From Thermofilum pendens Hrk 5 (lineage in GTDB: Archaea > Thermoproteota > Thermoprotei > Thermofilales > Thermofilaceae), in NCBI RefSeq assembly GCF_000015225.1, contig NC_008698.1, forward strand, positions 300,001 through 332,000: a stretch of 32,000 nucleotides of DNA. The letters are read 5' to 3'. The notes under the pieces were generated by a model. It was not told the origin of the DNA. It made no database searches and saw only the letters and a list, made by a program, of their open reading frames with translations. Positions within the stretch are counted from its first letter, which is position 1. Each line of letters starts with the position of its first letter. The translations under genes were made by a program, and so were the position numbers. Of this stretch, positions 16,078 through 21,871 are shown piece after piece.

Positions 16078-16632
16078 TCACCGTAGGGCGCGCCCACAGA
16101 ACGGGCAAATAATGTGGAGATCCCCGTAAGGTAGCTCCCGGCCACAGTATGGGCATCGCTTCGTCTCCGCATTCTCCTCTACAGGAGAGGGGGGCGGCAA
16201 CTCTATTGCCCGTACGGGGGGCCTCGTCAGTAGGGGCTCGCCCCTTTGGGGCGCCGTCGTTTCCGTCGGTCTACGTACCAGCTGTGGCTGTGGTTGAGGT
16301 GTTGTAGTGAGTAGCGGCTTCGGAGGTGGAACCGTTGCTACGGGGGGTTGCCGAGCCTCCTGAGGCTGAGGGGGCTTTACGCCTTCCCTTAGACCATGGT
16401 ATAGCCTAAGGGTATAGGCCCGGACTAAGGCCTCGAACGTGAAATAGAGACCCACACCTATAGTTGCGACTTCTACGCCTAGAGCTAGGATTCCCCACGA
16501 GTTTCCTCCAACAAAGAACGCTACAAGAAATGCGATCAGCCCAGCCGCGGGTACTGCGAAAGCGAGAACCCTGGCTCTTTCCCTGAGCCTCTCCCATTCA
16601 GCCTTTTCTCCTGTGCGTGGCGTGCGAGCCAA
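16078..16632 (-). CDS. Membrane protein with Pro-rich linker and C-terminal zinc ribbon
   Basis: 184 aa. Two or three N-terminal TM helices, a ~70-aa Pro/Thr/Gln-rich linker (KPPQPQEARQPPVATVPPPKPLLTTTPQPQPQ...), then CPYCGRELPYGDLHIICPFCG (C-x2-C-x12-C-x2-C). Its own TATA-like CTTTTTAT lies on the minus strand at ~16655-16662. Confidence 0.5.
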   Translation of the reverse strand: MARTPRTGEKAEWERLRERARVLAFAVPAAGLIAFLVAFFVGGNSWGILALGVEVATIGVGLYFTFEALVRAYTLRLYHGLREGVKPPQPQEARQPPVATVPPPKPLLTTTPQPQPQLVRRPTETTAPQRGEPLLTRPPVRAIELPPPSPVEENAETKRCPYCGRELPYGDLHIICPFCGRALR

Positions 16633-16675
16633 GACTATAACCCCAGCTCTAAGCGCATAAAAAGGTTAATATTTG

Positions 16676-17122
16676 TTAAGCTTCTGGCGCCTGCTGCGTA
16701 ACGAGCTTTTTCACAACGGCTTTTTCGTCCTCTATCTCTAGCTCCGCAACAGCACTTTTCTCTATGAGGTCGAGCACTTCGCCGCTGTCAATTGAAAGCC
16801 TCGGGTTTGAGAGCTTTACGTCGAGGCCGAGAGACTGTGCGAGCTCCTGGAGAGTGTAGGTTATATCCCGTACCTGGCTTTTAACCTCTACTAGGGAATC
16901 CTCTGCCTGCGACAGGAGCTTGAGAGCCTTCAATAAGGCTTTCCTCGCGTCTTCCGGTAACTGTTCGTTGAGGGCAACGTCTTCGATTAGTTGCATTGCT
17001 TCACGGATTTGCCTCCTCATACTGACTATAACTGGTAAATCCGATGTATTAGCCGTATACTTCCGAACAAATCCTTCCATGAAACATATTACAAGTATAC
17101 TACAAGCGTCGCGTGCAGTCAA
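16676..17122 (-). CDS. Hypothetical acidic coiled-coil protein
   Basis: 148-aa ORF that looks largely helical, with heptad-like segments (ARKALLKALKLLSQAEDSLVEVKSQVRDITYTLQELAQSL). I recognise no motif. The real start may be the internal Met at 17080 (MEGFVRK...). Confidence 0.4.
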   Translation of the reverse strand: MTARDACSILVICFMEGFVRKYTANTSDLPVIVSMRRQIREAMQLIEDVALNEQLPEDARKALLKALKLLSQAEDSLVEVKSQVRDITYTLQELAQSLGLDVKLSNPRLSIDSGEVLDLIEKSAVAELEIEDEKAVVKKLVTQQAPEA

Positions 17123-17145
17123 AGTACGGCGAAGAGCAAGCGCGT

Positions 17146-18462
17146 CTACCTAGATTTTCCCTCTACCCCGCCTCCACATAGGTAGCAACGTAATAAGCAC
17201 TTCGCTACGGCTACAGCCCCTTTTCCGGAACAACCTTCCTCTATTATCTTCAGTCTAACGGTGGGTGGAGGATAGCTAAACACATTCAGAATGCTCGCTA
17301 CTATGCCTAGCATCGAGGTGGGCTTTACGAGCCTAGGATATTCTAGCTTCACTAAAACCTTCCTGTAAGCTTCAGGGAAAGCCTCCGCAGCCTCTAAGTC
17401 TGCCCTTATCTCAAGGGACTTCAAAAGCATAGATGTAAGGATGTACGAGGCGACAGCGTAGAGAGCTAGCAACTCTATTGAATACGAAAAAAGGTAGATG
17501 AGGGCTCCCAGGGCTAGCCCAGAGGTGATAAGGAGTAGCGCCCGCAACGCGTCTCTATGCCTTATGTGGGCAGCTTCGTGTACTAGCACGGATGCGAGCT
17601 CTTCTTCCGAAAGATCAACTAGCAGTGCTGGGGTCAGCGCAATCGCAGGTGGCAAGCCTAGGCTAAGCGCTGTTCTTCGTTTGTCATCGAGAAGGAAAAT
17701 GCTTGGAGGCTTTCTTAGCTTCAGTTTCTCAAAAATCGAGCGAAAATCGTATGTTTTAAGCTCAACGTCGCGCGTCAGTATGCCCCAGTAGTGGAGAACA
17801 TTTGCTACCCGTTCTTTGCTCAAACCCTCTTTTCTACGAAGAGAACTAATTAAATCGAGCTTAGCGAAGTAAACGTTCTCGCTAGTAGTACCCACCTGCC
17901 TTATCTTCGCTTTCACAACGACTACTGATCCTTCATCCACTCTAACAGCACGTATACGTAGCCACAGCCGCACCAGTAGCAACGCTAGGATGGAAAGAAG
18001 CGGAGAAAGCAAAAGCGCCTCCAGAAGCCTTACTCCGATCAGGTATACTGAGAAGAATGAGAGAAGCGGAAAAACAGCGGCTACTGTATCAATGGAGGGC
18101 GCCGGGTGCACGTTTTCCCAGCTTTCGAAGTAGATACTCACAGGGTTACCGCTACGATCTAAGGGTACTATGAAAGCTACTTCTGGCTCCGCCACGCAGT
18201 TCGAGAATAAGTATCCATAAACCTTGCGCGAAATTTTCTCCATCTCCTTATGGCTGGATAAGAGCTCTACCTTGTAGCTATAGAACTTACACGTTACCAC
18301 GACATCCTTTGTCGAAGATCTAAAAACGACTACGCTGCCGCTAATAGGTTCCTTCGAAAAACCGTTCTTTTCGAAAAAACCCTCAACAAGGGAGCGTAAC
18401 AAGCCAGGGGTTTCTAAACATGCTGGAGGAAGAAAAACTTCTCTTTTTTTATCTGCGGTCAT
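17146..18462 (-). CDS. Membrane zinc metalloprotease, M48/M56 (HtpX/BlaR1-like) family, with extra N-terminal soluble domain
   Basis: HEAAHIRHRD (HExxH encoded at 17566-17580, minus strand), followed after TM helices by LEIRADLEAA (third-ligand Glu in an E-x-x-A-D context). Four or more TM helices. An N-terminal ~130 aa has no motif I recognise. Cys-rich tail: CSGKGAVAVAKCLLRCYLCGGG. Confidence 0.65.
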   Translation of the reverse strand: MTADKKREVFLPPACLETPGLLRSLVEGFFEKNGFSKEPISGSVVVFRSSTKDVVVTCKFYSYKVELLSSHKEMEKISRKVYGYLFSNCVAEPEVAFIVPLDRSGNPVSIYFESWENVHPAPSIDTVAAVFPLLSFFSVYLIGVRLLEALLLSPLLSILALLLVRLWLRIRAVRVDEGSVVVVKAKIRQVGTTSENVYFAKLDLISSLRRKEGLSKERVANVLHYWGILTRDVELKTYDFRSIFEKLKLRKPPSIFLLDDKRRTALSLGLPPAIALTPALLVDLSEEELASVLVHEAAHIRHRDALRALLLITSGLALGALIYLFSYSIELLALYAVASYILTSMLLKSLEIRADLEAAEAFPEAYRKVLVKLEYPRLVKPTSMLGIVASILNVFSYPPPTVRLKIIEEGCSGKGAVAVAKCLLRCYLCGGGVEGKSR

Positions 18463-18486
18463 ACCTCGTGTCGCGCCGCGAAGCCT

Positions 18487-20418
18487 TTAGTCTATCTCTA
18501 TCTCTGCCACTTCCTCCTCTCTGCCCTTCCTGACACCGAAGTATAGGGCGGAGGTTAGCAGTGCTGCGGCTCCGAGAGTCAGCGTCTCCATCACTGTTAT
18601 GGGGCCAAGTAACGGGATTTCGAAGAGTACTCCCGTGTTTATCGTTATATCTTGGTCTTGGGTCAGGGTGAGCGTAGACTTAGTGGATATCCTCTTGTAG
18701 TTCACTTCGATTGTATACTGTGCCCCGGGGAGTTGCTGGAAGAGTGCCTTCCCGCTCGCGTCCGTCTCCATGGACTGCGTAAAGCCACCGTTGTTCGAAA
18801 CCGTTACCGTTGCGCCAGTGATCGGCGCTCCGAGAGCATTCACGACCTTGACGTTCAGGTTGTACACGGGGCATTTTATCTCCAAGTCAGTGTCTATGAG
18901 CGTACCGAGTACCATGGACGCTATATTTGACCCCTTGTATACGCCGGTCAGAGTGTAGACTCCCGGCGCATAAACATTCAGGGTGGCGACACCGTCCGCT
19001 CCGCTGACTGCAGAGGCGCTTACGGAGCCTTTAAGCGTGGCTTCTACTCCGGAGATTGGGTACCCCTTGGAGTCCACGAACTTCACTCTGAGCGGCCTCC
19101 ACTCAATGTTGACCTTGTATGTCCCGTCTTCAACGGCGTCGCCGTTCTTGACCATGACGGCGGCTTCGCCGGGCTCGATCACGGCGGTTCTCCAGGTGCC
19201 GAGCCACGCCCCAGTGTAGTTCTCCTTGCCTTGCAATACCTGCCCGCTTGGAGTTTCGATGGAGGTTATCCTGGCTATAGACGGTACCTGCACGACCAGG
19301 AACGCGGAGTACGCATTGCCTATATCGGCCTTCGAGATTGTGGCTATTAATCCTCTAGGCGTCCACGTTCCTACCTCCTTGTAGTACACTGGTACGAGCA
19401 GCACCTGGATGTCGCGGTTCTCGTTGTTAACCACCTTGACCGCCTGGCCGAACGCTATGTATCCCTTTATCCAGTAGTGCATAAGCAGAGGAGGTATGAG
19501 CAGGGACGCCCCTCTTATATCGAATTCTTCCGCCCTGCTAAACACATAGTTCGTCATTTCAGACTCTACTCGAACGTTTGCAGAGAGGGGTCCGGGGGCT
19601 ACGGAGTACACTACGACTATGAAGCCTAGCGGGTTCCAGCCTGTACGCCCTCTAAGGTTAAACACTTTGGAGGACTTAGCTGGAACGCTCGTTTCGATGT
19701 AGGTGTCCTCCACTACGAGCATCGCGTTGGGAAGCTTATTCTCCTCTCCTTGGGCAAGCTTAACGGTGTAAACGCCGAAGCCTACCTTCGATACGTCTAC
19801 CTCTACATGCTTCGGGTCGAACTTTATAACGCTGGGTCCCAGCTTCTCCTGCAAGTCTACGTCTAACAGGTTTTCCCCGGAAGGTCCTAGTACTCCCGCT
19901 ACGCTGTAGGGGGCGTAGTTGTCCAGTGTTACCTTGAGGCGCACGCTGGGTAGATTGAGGCCCGTAAACTCTGACGTGTCCACGGTTATGTTGTTGCCCT
20001 TAATCGGTTTCCAGGAAGTTTTCCTAAAGTACGTTATGACCCTCACGGGGACTGTCCCGTTAAACCCATTGGAGGCTACTACTACCTCTCCGCTACGGGA
20101 AGAGATAGAGGTTATTCTCCCCATTGACTCGCTTATACTGTCGTACTTGACGGGAATAAGCCCGCTCGGCGCTCCGCCCTGGAAGACCACGACTACCCTG
20201 TCTACACTGAAGCCCGGAGGCTCTGCTGCCCCCGCTATGCTGATGATACTCTTACTCCCAAAGTCGAGCGTCAAGAATTCCTCGGTACTAAGCGTGATGT
20301 CTATACGTGCGTAAAACTGGGGCGTGGAGGATGGTTCTCCGAGGACAGCCCCAAGTATTACTGGCAAGACAAGTGCTAACACCACTACGCCGAGTATTTT
20401 CTTCATACCTCGCATCAA
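18487..20418 (-). CDS. Secreted, C-terminally membrane-anchored surface (glyco)protein with two tandem beta-sandwich (carboxypeptidase-regulatory-like) repeats
   Basis: Signal peptide MKKILGVVVLALVLPVILGAVLG. C-terminal TM LTLGAAALLTSALYFGV plus an acidic tail. Two related ~85-aa modules (GYPISGVEATLKG..SGADGVATLNVYAPGVYTLTGVYKG and GAPITGATVTVSNNGG..DASGKALFQQLPGAQYTIEVNYK). N-x-S/T sequons (NGT, NIT, NYT). The track start is TTG; ATG alternatives lie at 20415 and 20406. Confidence 0.6.
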   Translation of the reverse strand: MMRGMKKILGVVVLALVLPVILGAVLGEPSSTPQFYARIDITLSTEEFLTLDFGSKSIISIAGAAEPPGFSVDRVVVVFQGGAPSGLIPVKYDSISESMGRITSISSRSGEVVVASNGFNGTVPVRVITYFRKTSWKPIKGNNITVDTSEFTGLNLPSVRLKVTLDNYAPYSVAGVLGPSGENLLDVDLQEKLGPSVIKFDPKHVEVDVSKVGFGVYTVKLAQGEENKLPNAMLVVEDTYIETSVPAKSSKVFNLRGRTGWNPLGFIVVVYSVAPGPLSANVRVESEMTNYVFSRAEEFDIRGASLLIPPLLMHYWIKGYIAFGQAVKVVNNENRDIQVLLVPVYYKEVGTWTPRGLIATISKADIGNAYSAFLVVQVPSIARITSIETPSGQVLQGKENYTGAWLGTWRTAVIEPGEAAVMVKNGDAVEDGTYKVNIEWRPLRVKFVDSKGYPISGVEATLKGSVSASAVSGADGVATLNVYAPGVYTLTGVYKGSNIASMVLGTLIDTDLEIKCPVYNLNVKVVNALGAPITGATVTVSNNGGFTQSMETDASGKALFQQLPGAQYTIEVNYKRISTKSTLTLTQDQDITINTGVLFEIPLLGPITVMETLTLGAAALLTSALYFGVRKGREEEVAEIEID

Positions 20419-20607
20419 AGTAGAGGGGATAAACCACGGTAATTATCCGTTCAATCAGCCATTAGCGAAAAACATCTGTAAGAAACACGTATTACGTGCG
20501 CTCTTCTCCCCGAGACATACGCTACCTGTTGCATTCAAAGTCTTCGAATACCTGCATAGAGCCGCCGAGAAGCCGCGCGAGAAATGGCCGGTAAAAAATC
20601 GCGGAAG

Positions 20608-20616
20608 ATTTATATG
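20608..20616 (+). promoter_or_regulatory. TATA-box-like element upstream of tRNA-Asn
   Basis: ATTTATATG about 40 nt upstream of the tRNA 5' end. Confidence 0.4.
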
Positions 20617-20653
20617 GGCGCGCGCATTCAATGCAAGTTCGGGTAGCTCCCGG

Positions 20654-20783
20654 GCCGGGGTAGCTCAGCCAGGTGGATTCCCGCCTTAGGGAGAGCCGAG
20701 AGCACTCGGCTGTTAACCGAGCCGCGTGCTACCAGTAGCACGCGCGGGAAGGGTCCCGGGTTCAAATCCCGGCCCCGGCGCCA
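20654..20783 (+). tRNA. tRNA-Asn (anticodon GTT) with two non-canonical insertions (D-loop and variable region); CCA encoded
   Basis: Hand fold. Acceptor GCCGGGG/CCCCGGC. U8A9 = TA. D stem GCTC(20663-66)/GAGC(20700-03). A26. Anticodon stem CTCGG/CCGAG with loop CTGTTAA. T arm CCGGG-TTCAAAT-CCCGG. Discriminator G, then CCA. The 130-nt length requires ~22-24 extra nt in the D loop and ~29 extra nt (a perfect 10-bp hairpin, CGCGTGCTAC/GTAGCACGCG) after the anticodon stem. Confidence 0.75.
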
Positions 20784-20857
20784 CTCCTCCCGAATTTGCC
20801 TGCTTCTGCACAGCATCACGAGGTTTGGGGTCGCCTGCATGTTCCTGGGAGTTCAGA

Positions 20858-20904
20858 TTCTTTTGTTTCTCTTTTTATCTCTTACTCGACCGCGGTTTCT
20901 TTTT
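20858..20904 (+). terminator. T-rich tracts downstream of tRNA-Asn
   Basis: TTCTTTTGTTTCTCTTTTTATC and GGTTTCTTTTTGC: several oligo-T runs typical of archaeal termination signals. Confidence 0.4.
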
Positions 20905-20921
20905 GCAAAAAATTAAAGTAC

Positions 20922-20929
20922 CTTTAAAA
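20922..20929 (+). promoter_or_regulatory. TATA-box-like element upstream of the histone gene
   Basis: CTTTAAAA centred ~26 nt upstream of the ATG at 20952. This implies a leaderless mRNA and supports that ATG as the true start. Confidence 0.5.
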
Positions 20930-20951
20930 CTGTTAACCAACATGAAGACTT

Positions 20952-21212
20952 ATGAGCGAAAAAAGCCCGAGGACTAGGCAACACGAGATCCCTTTAGCCC
21001 CTCTTAGAAGGATATTCCGCAGCCAGGGCGCTGAGCGTATAAGCGACGACGCGGTGGTTTTCCTTAGGGAGTATTTAGAGAAGCTTGCAAGGGAAATAGC
21101 CTTAGAGGCGATAGAGGCTTCTAGGCATGCAAACAGGAGGACAGTAACGGACGAAGATGTGAAGTTTGCTATCTCGAGGCTTCAGAGAGCGCATTCTTCA
21201 CAGACTCTTTAA
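20952..21212 (+). CDS. Archaeal histone (HMfB-type histone fold) with short N- and C-terminal extensions
   Basis: EIPLAPLRRIFRSQGAERISDDAVVFLREYLEKLAREIALEAIEASRHANRRTVTDEDVKFAISRL aligns residue-for-residue with my recollection of HMfB ([66 protein letters not shown]). It is preceded by MSEKSPRTRQH and followed by QRAHSSQTL. Confidence 0.85.
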   Translation: MSEKSPRTRQHEIPLAPLRRIFRSQGAERISDDAVVFLREYLEKLAREIALEAIEASRHANRRTVTDEDVKFAISRLQRAHSSQTL

Positions 21213-21240
21213 AGCCCGCATACTTCGCTCGCGCGAAAAA

Positions 21241-21250
21241 ATATTTAAAG
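21241..21250 (+). promoter_or_regulatory. TATA-box-like element upstream of the S17e gene
   Basis: ATATTTAAAG about 34 nt upstream of the ATG at 21279. Confidence 0.45.
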
Positions 21251-21278
21251 GAGCAACGTTGAAGAGCGGGGGGTAGGC

Positions 21279-21566
21279 ATGGGGAACGTCCGTTCAAAGC
21301 TGGTAAAGCGTACAGCGAAGATGTTAGTGGAGCAGTACCCAGACGCATTCACTGTAGACTTTGAACTCAACAAGAAAAAGCTAATGGAAATAGCGGATAT
21401 CCCGTCTCGGCAACTACGAAACCAGATAGCTGGCTATATAACTCGTCTAGTCCGAAGAAAGAAGCTCATAGAACAAAGGCTTAGCATGCGCCAGGAAATA
21501 ACGATGACTGACGAAGAAGAGTACATTAGACGCATCGAGGGGTTCTCCACTTCTTCTACAGCATAA
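21279..21566 (+). CDS. rps17e: 30S ribosomal protein S17e
   Basis: MGNVRSKLVKRTAKMLVEQYPDAFTVDFELNKKKL...RQLRNQIAGYITRLV is the conserved S17e N-terminal domain. The acidic C-terminal ~30 aa looks like an extension. Confidence 0.85.
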   Translation: MGNVRSKLVKRTAKMLVEQYPDAFTVDFELNKKKLMEIADIPSRQLRNQIAGYITRLVRRKKLIEQRLSMRQEITMTDEEEYIRRIEGFSTSSTA

Positions 21567-21635
21567 AAGGCCATCGAAGAAGTTTTGCAACGAAGATCGA
21601 ACGAGATTCAAGCATAGACCGCTTCGCATGCAAAG

Positions 21636-21645
21636 AATTTATAGG
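21636..21645 (+). promoter_or_regulatory. TATA-box-like element upstream of tRNA-Leu
   Basis: AATTTATAGG about 35 nt upstream of the tRNA 5' end. Confidence 0.4.
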
Positions 21646-21676
21646 CGCAGCACAACTTCTCAACATGTACCTGCAG

Positions 21677-21786
21677 GCGGGGGTGCCCGAGCCAGGACAA
21701 AGGGGGCGGACTGCCTGGACGTATGGCCCAAACTTAAGATCCGCTGGCGTTGGCCTGCCCGGGTTCGAATCCCGGCCCCCGCACCA
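21677..21786 (+). tRNA. tRNA-Leu (anticodon TAA), class II, with a ~22-nt intron 5' of the anticodon (non-canonical position); CCA encoded
   Basis: Hand fold. Acceptor GCGGGGG/CCCCCGC. D arm CCC-GAGCCAGGACAAA-GGG. Anticodon stem GCGGA(21706-10)/TCCGC(21740-44) enclosing 29 nt that end in CTTAAGA (a normal loop with TAA). Long variable arm TGGCGTTGGCCTGC. T arm CCGGG-TTCGAAT-CCCGG. Discriminator A, then CCA. Confidence 0.75.
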
Positions 21787-21871
21787 CCTTCTCCCACGTG
21801 TGCAACTCTTGTGTAGCTGTTCGTACGCCTTCCCTTTTCCCGTTCACGCGAAGTATTTAAGGCGGAATGTT

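Noticed and set aside
20722-20755. Reading the 10-bp hairpin in tRNA-Asn as a long variable arm (class II tRNA)
   Set aside because: The anticodon GTT and discriminator G73 indicate Asn, which is a class I tRNA. At ~34 nt the insert is also too long for a Leu/Ser-type variable arm. An intron is the simpler explanation.
20840-20917. 25-aa hydrophobic mini-ORF (MFLGVQILLFLFLSLTRPRFLFAKN)
   Set aside because: Its hydrophobicity is a by-product of translating the oligo-T terminator tracts downstream of tRNA-Asn. It has no promoter or SD.
20324-20977. Track ORFs 20324..20689 (+), 20628..20840 (-) and 20726..20977 (+)
   Set aside because: They run through the tRNA-Asn gene, its promoter and its T-rich terminator. 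The tRNA fold explains the sequence far better.
21706-21744. Alternative reading of the second tRNA as tRNA-Gly(GCC) with a canonical 37/38 intron
   Set aside because: This reading would require U at position 37. It would also place a class II long variable arm and A73 on a Gly tRNA. Leu(UAA) with a non-canonical intron fits every other identity feature.
21665-21871. 5' extension of the 188-aa ORF 21665..22231
   Set aside because: This segment is the tRNA-Leu gene and its flank. The CDS was trimmed to the in-frame ATG at 21872 (or 21884), which lies downstream of a TATA-like box.
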